A DNA stretch of 64,000 bases, taken from positions 91,760,001 through 91,824,000 of the forward strand of contig OX597817.1 in assembly GCA_951406725.2 (NCBI GenBank), given 5' to 3'. The notes below the pieces were generated by a model, which was given only the letters and a program-made list of their open reading frames with translations, was not told the origin of the DNA and did no database searches. The translations under genes and the position numbers were made by a program. Origin of the DNA: Octopus vulgaris. Its lineage: Eukaryota. Below are positions 1 through 12,222 of this stretch, piece by piece. How positions within the stretch are numbered: the stretch's first letter is position 1; the number at the start of each line of letters is the position of its first letter.

Positions 1-281
1 ACCAACCTTGTCTCCACTCTTTTGCCTTTAAAAACCCACTTTGCTCTTGTTATCGTAAACATCCGCCTTTCACCATGTGCTTCTGCTAACACCAGCCGTT
101 TTTTTCTCTATCTCCGTTGCCCGCTCCGGGATCTTTCTTTCCTCTCTCTTCCTTCTTTATGTTTCCGACGAAGAGCTCCGCTCGAAACGTCATACCTTCC
201 TGCTTCCATTTCCTGAGCGCCTATTAATAATAATACTGTAATTGTTCCCTTGTTGTTGTTTTTTTGTTTCCCGTTTGGATT

Positions 282-286
<5 letters not shown>
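1..286 (+). mobile_element. 3' end (pLTR-like) of a Penelope-like element, abutting (TA)n
   Basis: Pyrimidine-rich tract, then a hammerhead-like motif at 161-195, a T-rich tail and (TA)n from ~287; same layout as the copies at 2263, 25821 and 54925. Confidence 0.55.
161..195 (+). ncRNA. Minimal type-I hammerhead-like ribozyme
   Basis: gttt CCGACGA A GAGC tcc GCTC GAAA CG TC atac: core with U4->C, 4-bp stem II, palindromic ACGT stem III, GUC triplet, stem I 3 of 4 paired. Confidence 0.65.
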
Positions 287-324
<38 letters not shown>

Positions 325-526
325 AGATAATGGTGTCATTGAGACCCAAAGGTGTCAGATAATGCTGAATAAGTGCTATAGACAGACCTTACTTAAGATC
401 CAAATTCTGTAATATTGCGAATAAAGGGTTCAACATTGGTTTTATGTCAGTGTGTGTATATGTGAATTTTTTGCGTAATGAGATAAAAAAAAAAGGCTGT
501 ATAGATATTAGAGCATTTATAGATAG

Positions 527-581
527 GTCTTACAGCTGTTTCTAGAATATTAATTAATAATAATATCCCTTCATCGGAGAC
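527..581 (-). ncRNA. Minimal type-I hammerhead-like ribozyme
   Basis: Minus strand: GTCT CCGATGA A GGGATATT..AATATTCT A GAAA CAGCTG TA AGAC; stem I GUCU/AGAC, palindromic stem III ACAGCTGT, GUA triplet. Confidence 0.7.
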
Positions 582-808
582 GGTGTGAGAGGAAAAATTA
601 AGTCATAGTTAGTTTCGATGTGATACAAATAAAGAGTGAGGTGGAGGAAAGAAAATAGATGTAAGATATGTATGGTTATTGAGTTCATAAGTCCATTTTA
701 TAGACATAATGGTATATATGTGTAATATTCCAATATCCTTTGAGTAAAATCCAAAAGTCCAACAGAGTTTAATATGAGTCCATCTAAATGTAAAATTTAT
801 AAGCAATA

Positions 809-967
809 TAAGATTCTCTTAAAGTTAGTCATTCCCAGTAGGGAATTTATATGGAATGTAGCAGATTCCAGGTTTGTATTTAAACTGTCAGTTTAAACAC
901 AAACCTGGAATCTGCTACATTCCATATAAATTCCCTACTGGGAATGACTAACTTTAAGAGAATCTTA
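809..967. repeat. Near-perfect palindrome, 79-bp arms, 1-nt spacer, 1 mismatch
   Basis: 809-887 is the reverse complement of 889-967. Confidence 0.97.
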
Positions 968-984
968 AACTGAACTTAAATCAA

Positions 985-1553
985 TCAAAAGCAGAATCAA
1001 AATCAAATTCGATGACTGGCGTCCGTGCTAGCAGGGTGCAAAGAGCACCATACGAGCGTGATCATTGACAGAGTGGCTAACCGGCTTCCGTGCCAGTGGC
1101 ACTTAAAGGGAACAATTCGAGCGTGATTGTTACCAGCATCGCCTTACTGGCACTTGTGCCTGTGCTAGTTGGGTGCCAAGAGCACCATCCGAATGTGATT
1201 GTTGCCAGAGCAGCCAACTGGCTTCCATGCCAGTGGCACGTAAAAGGGCACCATTCGAGTGTGATCTTTACCAAAGTCACCTTACTGGCAGCTGTGCTGG
1301 TGGCATGTGTAAAAGGATTTGAGCAAGGTCGTTGCCAGTACCGCCTGACTGGCCCCCATGCCGGTGGCACGTAAAAAGCACCCACAACTCTCTCGGAGTG
1401 GTTGGCATTAGGAAGGGCATCCAGCTGTAAAAACTCTGCCAAAGCAAGATTGGAGCCTGGTGCAGCCATCTGGTTCACCAGCTTTCAGTCAAAATTGTCC
1501 AACCCATGCTAGCATGGAAAGCGGTCATTAAACGATGATGATGGTGATGATGA
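985..1553 (+). mobile_element. RTE-LINE 3' end / RTE-tailed SINE-like copy
   Basis: Ends in ccaacccatgctagcatggaaagcgg..(GAT)n, homologous to the 3' UTR of the RTE at 50040-52208; related copy at 44596-44906. Confidence 0.8.
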
Positions 1554-1562
1554 TATATATAG

Positions 1563-1627
<65 letters not shown>

Positions 1628-1657
1628 TAGATATAGATATAGATATATAGATATATA
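1554..1657. repeat. (GATA)n/(GATATA)n microsatellite
   Basis: Direct reading. Confidence 0.95.
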
Positions 1658-1921
1658 GCAATAGGAAAATGGAAGGGATCAATAGGTAGTTCATCTGATC
1701 CCCTCCATTTTCTTTTTGCTATATAAATTGATGGTAAAATATCTCTTTACCATCACCCATTTAGTACACTAGATAATGTAATTGCAATGCAATAAAAACA
1801 CTTGTGTATTAATAATTGGGTATTCTACCAACAGTATATTGGATAGATATTATCCCTTAGTGGGTTGGATTCACAACCTCTAACTTTGTTGGAGATATAT
1901 AGATATATATTTTTTCTTCTT

Positions 1922-2214
1922 TTTTATCTTCTTGTTTCAGTCATTTGACTGCAGTTATGCTGGAACACTGCCTTTAGTCAAACAAATCAACCTTGGGACT
2001 TATTCTTTGTAAGCCTAGTACTTATTCTATCAGTCTCTTTTGCCAAACCACTAAGTTTACGGGGACATAAACACGTCGACATTGGTTATCAGTCAATGGT
2101 GAAGGGGAACAAACATGGACACATAAATATATACATAAATTCATATCTATATATATATATATATATATATATATGACAGGCTTCTTTCAGTTTCCCTCTA
2201 CCAAATCAACTCAA
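1922..2214 (-). mobile_element. SINE fragment (family also at 39795-41230, ~10250-10610, 31345-31530, 44955-45100)
   Basis: Shared blocks gtttcagtcatttgactgc..atgctgga and gacaggcttctttcagttt..ctaccaaatc with an internal microsatellite. Confidence 0.7.
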
Positions 2215-2262
2215 TGATATATATAATGATATATATAATAATATATATATATATATATATAT

Positions 2263-2790
<528 letters not shown>

Positions 2791-3280
2791 TTATGTGTGT
2801 GTCTATGCGTTTGTCCCGCCATCACCACTTGACAACCAATGTTGGTTGTTTTACATCATATAGAATAGAGAAAGAGAGAGTAAATTAGAAATACAGAGAA
2901 GGTGAACATGAGAGGTATATGATGAGTGCAAATACTAGGCTGGGTGATGGGCAATGAGTAAAGGAAAGCTATATGCTAAACAGAGCAAGGCAGAAAGTTT
3001 CACAGAAGTAGAAAAGAAGGAGGAGAGCAGGTAGATAGCAGAGTAGTTATTGATGGAGTTATACAAATAAGAAGTTTTTTATCTAATTTTGTTTAAGGTT
3101 ACATTTATTTTTTTTAAAATTAGCATCTATTTTATAATTTTGTAGAAGCATCAAGAAGTTCACTAAAAGTTAAATTGTAATAAGTTTATGCATGCTTATA
3201 TTTCTTGATATTACACATGATAGCAAAAGTATACGTCTAAAGCTGCAGACAACACTACTAAATATATTATTTATTTATAT

Positions 3281-5000
3281 CATCATCATCATCATCATCA
3301 TCATCATTTAACGTCCGCTTTCCATGCTAGCATGGGTTGGACGGTTCAACTGGGGTCTGGGGAGCCCGAAAGCTGCACCAGTCCAGTCAGATCTGGCAGT
3401 GTTTCTACAGCTGGATGCCCTTCCTAACGCCAACCACTCCGAGAGTGTAGTGGGTGATTTTATGTGCCACCGACACAGGTGCCAGACGAGGCTGGCAAAC
3501 GGCCACGCTCGGATGGTGTTTTTTTATTTCCCACCGACACAGGTGCCAGACAAGGCTGGCAGACGGCCACGCTCGGATGGTGTTTTTATGTGCCACCGAC
3601 ACAGGTGCCAGATGAGGCTGGCAAACGGCCACGATCGGATGGTGTTTGTTACGTGCCCACAGCACGGAGGCCAGTCGATGCGGTACTGGCTACGGCCACG
3701 TTCGGATGGTTTTCTTGTGTGCCACGTGCCACCGGCACTGGTACCACAAAGATACAAATTCCATTGATGTTCATCTATTTTGATTTGTTTTGATTTTCAC
3801 TTGCCTCAACAGGTCTTCACAAGTGTCACAAGAAGGAAGGTAAGCACAGGTGGACTGACTACGTCCCAGGTAAGGGCCACGGGTTATGGCCTGACTAGTC
3901 TTGCCGGGTCTTCGGATGGTGTTTTTATGTGCCACCGACATAGGTGCCAGATGAGGCTGGCGAACGGCCATGATCGGATGGTGTTTGTTACGTGCCCACA
4001 GCACGGAGGCCATTCGATGCGGTACTGGCTATGGCCACGTTCGGATGGTTTTCTTGTGTGCCACCGGCACTGGTACCACAAAGATACAAATTCCATTAAT
4101 GTTCATCTATTTTGATTTGTTTTGATTTTATTTTATTTGATGTTGATTTTCACTTGCCTCAACAGGTCTTCACAAGTGTCACAAGAAGGAAGGTATGCAC
4201 AGGTGGACTGACTACGTCCCAGGTAGGGGCCACAGGTTATGGCCTGACTAGTCTTGCCAGGTCTTCGGATGGTGTTTTTATGTGCCACCGACACAGGTGC
4301 CAGATGAGGCTGGCGAACGGCCATGATCGGATGGTGTTTGTTACGTGCCCACAGCACGGAGGCCATTCGATGCGGTACTGGCTATGGCCACGTTCGGATG
4401 GTTTTCTTGTGTGCCACCGGCACTGGTACCACAAAGATACAAATTCCATTAATGTTCATCTATTTTGATTTGTTTTGATTTGATTTTATTTGATGTTGAT
4501 TTTCACTTGCCTCAACAGGTCTTCACAAGTGTCACAAGAAGGAAGGTATGCACAGGTGGACTGACTACGTCCCAGGTAGGGGCCACAGGTTATGGCCTGA
4601 CTAGTCTTGCCAGGTCTTCGGATGGTGTTTTTATGTGCCACCGACACAGGTGCCAGATGAGGCTGGCGAACGGCCACGATCGGATGGTGTTTGTTACGTG
4701 CCCACAGCACGGAGGCCAGTCAGTGCGGTACTGGCTACAGCCACGTTCGGATGGTTTTCTTGTGTGCCACCGGCACTGGTACCACAAAGATACAAATTCC
4801 ATTAATGTTCATCTATTTTCATTTGTTTTGATTTGATTTGATTTGTTTTGATTTGATTTTGATTTTCACTTGCCTCAACAGGCCTTCACAAGTATCACAA
4901 GGAGGAAGGTATGCACAGGTGGACTGACTACGTCCCAGGTAGGGGCCATGGGATATGGCCTGACTAGTCTTGCCGGGTCTCCGGATGGTGTTTTTATGTG
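3281..5000 (-). repeat. Tandem array (~4.5 units of ~340-363 bp) derived from the RTE 3' end
   Basis: Junction gtct(t/c)cggatggtgtttttatgtg recurs at 3908, 4261, 4614 and 4977; homologous to 50060-50660; single (GAT)n tail at ~3281-3307. Confidence 0.92.
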
Positions 5001-5024
5001 CATATTATATATTATTTATTTATA

Positions 5025-5070
<46 letters not shown>

Positions 5071-5074
<4 letters not shown>

Positions 5075-5322
5075 TCATCATCATCATCATCATCATCGTC
5101 ATTTAGCGTCCGCTTTCCATGCTAGCATGGGTTGAACGGTTCAACTGGGGTCTGGGAAGCCAGAAGGCTGCACCAGGCCCAGTCTGATCTGGCAATGTTT
5201 CTACAGCTCGATGCCCTTCCTAACGCCAACCACTTCGTGAGTGTAGTGGATGCTTTTTACGTGCCACCGACACAGGTGCCAGACGAGGCTGGCAAACGGC
5301 CATGATCGGATTGGTGCTTTTT
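5071..5322 (-). mobile_element. RTE 3'-end fragment
   Basis: (CAT)n followed by tttagcgtccgctttccatgctagcatgggttg, as at 50040-50280. Confidence 0.85.
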
Positions 5323-5721
5323 AATAATGTAAGCTGCTTAATACATATACATATATACATATACATATATATACATATACATATATACATATATATTTTA
5401 AATAGCCAAAAGATGGATTTGGTATTATCCATACATTAAGTGGTGTCTCGCTAAAGATCTTGGGTTCAGTTGATCATGTTGTTATTTGCCCATCCATTTT
5501 CTAGTTATTTAAGCAATCATTATTATCTCAACTAATACTGCAGAATTCTTGAAAGAAATCCATCGAACATATACCCCAACTGACACCAGATAGCCCAAAC
5601 CATGCCAGTGCTTTCCTCAACACATTAACAAGCTAGTCAACATATACTCATTACTCCAAAATATTACATATATATTATTATTTCTAAGTCTCTCTAAAGG
5701 GGACTACAGCAGCAGTACTGG

Positions 5722-6046
5722 ATATTAATAGTTATCGCCAAGCGAGTATGGCAGACCATGTATTCCACTGAATTTAGGTAAATAATCCTTCGAAAAGATG
5801 GTCAGCAGCAACGCCTGCTGGGTTCAGCTACTCTGCATTGACAAAGAGCAAATACCCTGAAACATGTCTGCAGATACCTGACCAGCAAGGGGAAGTGGCT
5901 GACCTCCCCTGTTCGAAGGTTATAATGGACACAGGTTCGTGTGTCATATAGCTAGCTAGAGGCGATGGCCTCTTGGAGCTAATCAACGGCAGCTTTCATG
6001 CTATATTTATGGACTGCCATATTAGCTTGGCGATAACTATTAATAT
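5722..6046 (+). mobile_element. 325-bp element with 38-bp inverted ends enclosing a hammerhead-like motif
   Basis: 5722-5759 matches the reverse complement of 6009-6046 with 3 mismatches; right end lies next to (TA)n. Confidence 0.7.
5832..5874 (+). ncRNA. Degenerate minimal type-I hammerhead ribozyme
   Basis: TCTGCA TTGACAA AGAG caaata CCCT GAAA CATG TC TGCAGA: perfect 6-bp stem I, palindromic ACATGT stem III, GUC triplet; core has C3->U and G8->A. Confidence 0.7.
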
Positions 6047-6049
6047 TAC

Positions 6050-6092
<43 letters not shown>

Positions 6093-6469
6093 CATAGATA
6101 GGACTAGGACAAAGGAATAAACAATTATCTATTTATCTATCTATCAATATATGTGTGTGTGTGAGTGTGTATATGTGTATGAGTGTGTATATGTGTATGA
6201 GTGTGTATATGTGTATCTATCTCTTTCTGTCTCTGTATACATACATACATATATATGTGTGTGTGTGTGTGTAAAGAAAAAAAGAGGGAGGGGGAGAAAG
6301 AAATACATATGGACAGACAGATATATAGATGGATGATGGTAATTTCAGATAGAATTTAGGAAAGTTTATTGGAAGGTTAAATGGTAATCAAATGTCTAAG
6401 AATTGAAGTCTGGTCAATTGTCTCCAGTTCCTTTGATGTCAAAGACCAAACACAGAAATATTTTGTTTT

Positions 6470-6597
6470 TGTTTTTGTTACTCTTGTCGATGTGGGTGTT
6501 GCTGAGAGCAGTGGTGGTGTATTGGGTTTGTTAATGATAACAAACTTGATGATAATGATGATGCTGATGTTGGTGGTGACAATGATGATGAAGTTAT

Positions 6598-6646
<49 letters not shown>

Positions 6647-6812
6647 GGTGGTGGTTGTAGTGTTGATGGGAAAATGTATTGATGGCAGCGATAAGGACTT
6701 TGTTGCCAATGTTACAATTTTAATCTTACTTACAAAGATAGCTACAACAACAACAACAATAACAATGATAATAATCATCATCATCACCATCATTTTCATC
6801 ATCATTATTATA
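6470..6812. repeat. Low-complexity trinucleotide region (TTG/GTG/ATG/ATC)n
   Basis: Direct reading. Confidence 0.9.
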
Positions 6813-7451
6813 TAACTTATCTTTTCGGTATTTTAAGTCTGTGTTCTGTTCATTGCATGATACCCCAGCCACCACCAGAAACTTCGATAATTCTCTTATT
6901 ACATTTTTTTTAATGATATAAACTGATTGTTAAAAATTTAATCAACTTCATAAATAAATAAATAAAACAAATAAATTTTTTTAAAAATAATTATAATATT
7001 AATAATTCAAGAAATAAATCAATATTGCATCTTTTGTATATGTTTGTGCATTTTAAAGAATGTTTGTGTGTGTGTGTGCATGCACATGTGGATGCATGAG
7101 TGTGCATGTGTGTTATATAATTATTCAAAAGAAATTTAATAGAAGCTTTGTTTAAGGAGAGAAAAAATGAGAAGATACAAAATATTGTATTTTTCATTCT
7201 CAATATTCTAGAATTTTTTGCAAATATTCTATTTTCTTTAAATTTAAACAAGAGTTTAAGAAAAATTAACACAATTTATGAAATAAGCACCATGAAGAAC
7301 AGTGGGATCTTTTTTTTTTTGACTGAATTCTTCCAGGGTAATTTTCATACCTGCTCCTCACTAATATAAACCATTGCTAATTTCGTCACTTTCTAATTAT
7401 TTCATGCCATGAAATAATTCATTTTCTTTTTTTAAGAATTATTTCATGTTG

Positions 7452-7770
7452 TGAAGGTGTGTGGCTTAGTGGCTAAGGTATTTAACTGATGATCATAAGG
7501 TTAAGTGTTCAATTTCTAATGACACTTTGTGTCCATGAGCAAGACACTTTATTTCTCGTTGCTCCAGTCCACTCAGTGGGCAAAAAAGAGTTGTGCCTGT
7601 AATTCAAAGAGCCGTCTTCGTCACATTCTGTGTCACACTGAATCTTCCTGTAAACTATGTTAAGAGTGTACATGTCGATGGAGAGCTCAGCCACTTGCAT
7701 GATAATATCATGAGCTGGCTGATTGGTTGATCATATCAACTGGAGCACTCATTGTTGTAACCAACAGAGC
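7452..7770 (+). mobile_element. tRNA-derived SINE
   Basis: A-box-like tggcttagtgg, B-box-like gttcaatt, then gagcaagacactttatttc..gctccagtccactcag; related copies at ~15060-15200, 22118-22450 and 41270-41850. Confidence 0.7.
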
Positions 7771-7838
7771 CAGAGAATTTCCCAACAAAATTTCTTTTTC
7801 CTTTTACATATATACTTGTTTCATTGTTTAGTCTAGAG

Positions 7839-8185
7839 TAGTGGTTCTCAACCAGGGTCCATATGGCCCCTGGAGATCCATATTAGATTTTTGGGGGTCT
7901 AAACAACAAAATAATTAATTGGAAATCCACAATAGTATTTTAAAGGGCCTGGAAAAAATTTTGCTTTAGACATATGCATTGCTATTTATTACAAGAAACT
8001 GCTCAGTTTCTTTCTCTAACATTTTCATAGTTCAATCTACACAGGTTAATGTGTGATCAAACAAAATAGGAATTTTGGAAGAGGTGTCTATAAAACTAGT
8101 TTTAAACATCGAATGGCTATTGAGGTCCACCAGAATAAAATAGTAATTAAAGGAGTCCACAGACAAAACATGGTTGATAACCCTG
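7839..8185. mobile_element. hAT-type (Charlie-like) MITE
   Basis: TIRs tagtggttctcaacc / ggttgataaccctg; 8-bp TSD gtctagag (7831-7838) / ctctagag (8186-8193). Confidence 0.75.
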
Positions 8186-8352
8186 CTCTAGAGCTCCCAG
8201 TGGTTTCTGCTCAATTAGTCAGTTGCCACTGTATACTATATTTGGTCAGCCCTTAATATATTGTGTTTAGCCATACAACCACACTATATTCAGTCTGTCA
8301 CTACAATAATATAGCATAGTCTATTCATTCTCCCACTATTATACCATATATT

Positions 8353-8566
8353 GGTTTCAAAGTTTAGCACAAGGCCAACAATTTTGAGTGAAGGGGGATA
8401 GTTGATTATATCAATCCCAGTATTCGACTGGTACTTATTTTATTGACCCCCAAAAGGATGAAAGGCAGTCAACCTCAGCAGAATTTTAAATCAGAACATA
8501 AAGATGGGTGAAATGCTACTAAGCATTTTGCTTGACATGCTAACAATTCTGCCAGCTTGCTGCCTT
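8353..8566 (-). mobile_element. SINE with a 17-bp target-site duplication
   Basis: TSD ctattataccatatatt at 8336-8352 and 8567-8583; body homologous to 43848-44090 and 37930-38140. Confidence 0.85.
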
Positions 8567-9307
8567 CTATTATACCATATATTACATGATCTACTGCTAT
8601 TTAATATGCCATGAGCCATCACTATACTATATTCAGGAAGTCACTACTACACTATATTCCCTGTATTCTACAATATTCCATGAGCTACTACTTTGTAGAT
8701 TTATGAATGAGACAGATATATAACTGAGATAACTGTTTGTGTAGACTACTATCCATTAACAACAATAGCAATAACAAGCACAGGGAAATTCAGTAGAAGC
8801 AAAAAATTTCGTCAAGGAAGACATTTACTTATTTTAAAAATTTAATTTCTAAAAATCTGATAGAGTTAGTCTTTTACTCTGTTCCTGACTCGAGTCACTG
8901 AAGTGTGACCACTCTCAAGCACCACCATCACTGTTGTTAATGACTTTATAATTTTTCAGACTATTAACTTCACTGTCAGAGATGAAACAATTTTGTAAAA
9001 TATTTTTCAGACAATTAACTTCATCTCAGAGATGGAGTAATTGTTTATGTTTACATCAGTTTGATCAGTCATTGGGTCTCTCCAGTGACCTTGGAGATAA
9101 GAGCATTATTGTTAATTTTACTTCAGGAAAACAGAGGTTCTTAGTTTGAGACTGGAGTTATGTATACTATACATCCCGGAGTAAGACACACAGAGATAGT
9201 TTAGGATCTTAATTCAAACTGAGACAAGAGTTATGAACTTATCCAAGAATATGACACTAAAGGTGGCTGGAGATGGAACTAATTAAAATTTAGTGATGTA
9301 AATATCA

Positions 9308-9465
9308 ACTTCAAATTTTTGCAGGAGGCCAGCAATTTCGGGGATGGGATAAGTCAATTACATCAACCCCAGTGCTCAACTGCTACTTATTTTATCTATC
9401 CTGAAAAGATGAAAGACAAAGCTGACCTTGGTGGAATTTGAACTCAGAATGTGAATATGGGCGAA
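9308..9465 (-). mobile_element. SINE fragment, same family as 8353-8566
   Basis: Shared gatgaaagacaaagctgaccttggtggaatttgaactcagaa block. Confidence 0.7.
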
Positions 9466-11987
9466 GTGTAACTGTTAATATCAAAAGATGTTTTTATCAC
9501 TGGAATAGATTTTACAAACTTATAATCTTAAAATTTTAAGATGATAAAAAACCTCTCTAAAAGCCACCTGTGTTGCAAACTAAAGTGTTCAAAGACAAGT
9601 CCACTAGGTGGAAAGGTTATCCTACATCAACAACAATAATAACAGTGATAATAATAAGGAAAATAAGAAGTTCCTGCAGTAAAGGAAGAAAAAGGAAGGC
9701 AGATTTGTTATAGAAAAGATTGGTTAAATTGTTTTCTTGGAAGTGTAAAATAGTGTGCATTAGAAGCAATAAGTTGGATTGATATCTTAAAAAAAGGTTT
9801 GTTTCTTAGTTAATTAAAAATTATCATGTATAGAATACTAAATTTCCTAAATAAATCATTGATGAGACTGTGGAGGTTTCCAAACCTCCACAGTCTCATC
9901 TTCTGGATATTTGTATGTCTTGGTCCCACTATATAGTAGGCAGGAAGATTACCACAAAAATATATTTGACTATAATGTTTATAGCTCATCAATGAAGCAA
10001 TATTTTAGTTTTGAGTACATATACATACATGCATCACACACACACAGACACACACACACACGTGCGTGTCTGTATATCATTTTATTATCAATCTGAAGAA
10101 GTTAATAAGTGGTCAAAGGGTTGAGAGCATTGCACATGACACTTATCAAACATGGCACCCGTTAGCCTTCGAGTCACTTTTGTAACTTCTGCCAATTGAA
10201 AATAAGAAATATTTATATACTCATGTTCATTCTACCAAATCTATGTACTGTGGATGTGTGGACGAGAAGCTTGCTTCCCAACCATGTGGTATTAGGTTCA
10301 GTCCCATTGTCTGACATTATAGACCTGAGCCAACTCAAGCTTTGTGAGTGAATTTGCTAAATTTTGCTAAACCACAAACTTATGTGGATGTAAACACACC
10401 AGCATTGGTTGTGAAATCGTAGTGGTAGGGGGACAAAAACAGACTCAAAGACACACAGATATATACAGTTTCTGTCTACCAAATCCATTTAACAATACTT
10501 TGATTGGCCCATGGTTATAGAAGACATGTGCCCAAGGTGTTATACAGTAGGACTGAACTTGTAACCATATGGTTGAAGCAAGCTTCTTACCACACAGTCA
10601 TGCCTGCACCCAACTTGTGCTTCAGTAACCATCATAATTACAGTTTCAGAAACCTTATAAAATTTTGCAATTCACCTCTTATGTATTTTGCAGTAAATAG
10701 TAAATATGATGACTGGTGTTAAAGGCTCAATATGTATTTCCAGTATGCAAATAATCAACAGCCTTGCCAGTTACACAATTTAGCCTGGAACGTCTATGCA
10801 ACCATAGATGTTCCAGGTCACTCTATCCAAACCCAAGTATTTATGACAAATAAAAACACATCCATAACAACAATAATACTAATGTCGATATTGATAGCTT
10901 AGAGTCAATTATAGTTCCAATCATAAATCAAGGTTTTAACAGCTTGTGCTTGTTGATTGGCAAGTTAAATAGTAAATGCACAGACAGTAGACAAAGAAAG
11001 ACTAATCATAAAAACACAGGTTCTTGTAGAGACCCAAACTTCATGAAGAACATACTTTACACATATCAGCTGGGAAATGATATGGCCTACCAGCTGGAAA
11101 ATTTTGTCACATGCATTGGAAAGGTGACATCATCTACCACCCAAAGGATTTTGTCCATGTGGCATTAGTTTTGGTGGGGGGGAAAATAAAATCAGATACC
11201 TTTTGAATGCACCTTGTATATGTACAACAGACAAGGATTTGGTCAGCCCAAGGTTACATGGAACACATTCACCCAAGGTAAAACTGAACCTGGAACCATG
11301 TTGTTGGGAAGCAAACTTCTTACCAGACAGCTATCCCTGCACCTACTACATATACTGTTGTGTAATAGCATCATCATTTTATGTCTGTTTTTCTCTCCTA
11401 TGTTTGAATGGGCTGAGCAAGCATTATATATCTTTGAATATGAGGTGGACATGTGTGAAACTGTTGGTTATATTTTTTAGATTTGTTATGCAAAGGGTTC
11501 CTGATGTTGGGAAGTAGGATTAATCATGGTGAAAGATTAATTATTACGTGAAATGTGAACAAGCAAGATGGAAATAGATTTAGAAAACATATAATTTTAT
11601 AAAAATAAAATAAAGTTTATTCCATTTTATTTTATTTTTAGATCTAACTATTACTGCCAAGAGAAACCTTAAAAAAATTAATTTTCTAGATATGATATTA
11701 GATTTATATGCTAATAAATTTTTGTCTTACAAGCTTGATGAAAAATTATTTTATATTAATAAGAGTTCTAAGCATCCACTTAATATTCTCCATAATTTAA
11801 GTTTCATTATTAGTAAATGTATATCATCTTGATCTTCAGATGTAGATGCTTTTACAAAGGCTTCTTGATTCTATAAAGAACATTTAGCCACAGTGAATTT
11901 TCAGATAGGATAGAATACTTAGAATTTCAGCTTTTAGGCATAGAAATAGAAACAGGAAAATTCTATGGTATGATCCAAGTTCAAACA

Positions 11988-12222
<235 letters not shown>

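Larger units (their letters stand above)
322..967 (-). mobile_element. Penelope-like 3' fragment with hammerhead and 5' fold-back
   Basis: Abuts (TA)n on the left; hammerhead at 527-581 on the minus strand; ends in the 79-bp-arm palindrome 809-967. Confidence 0.5.

Noticed and set aside
3324-5106. Repeated Cys/His-rich ORFs that look like a tandem peptide gene cluster, or a CRISPR-like array
   Set aside because: They are frames through the tandem RTE 3' UTR; units are wholly repeated with no unique spacers, and the DNA is eukaryotic.
6377-6815. 142-144 aa hydrophobic ORFs on both strands
   Set aside because: Trinucleotide low complexity gives homopolymer runs; no domain signal.
8951-9045. 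~51-bp direct duplication tttttcagac.attaacttca..tcagagatg
   Set aside because: Ordinary local tandem duplication with two diverged copies.
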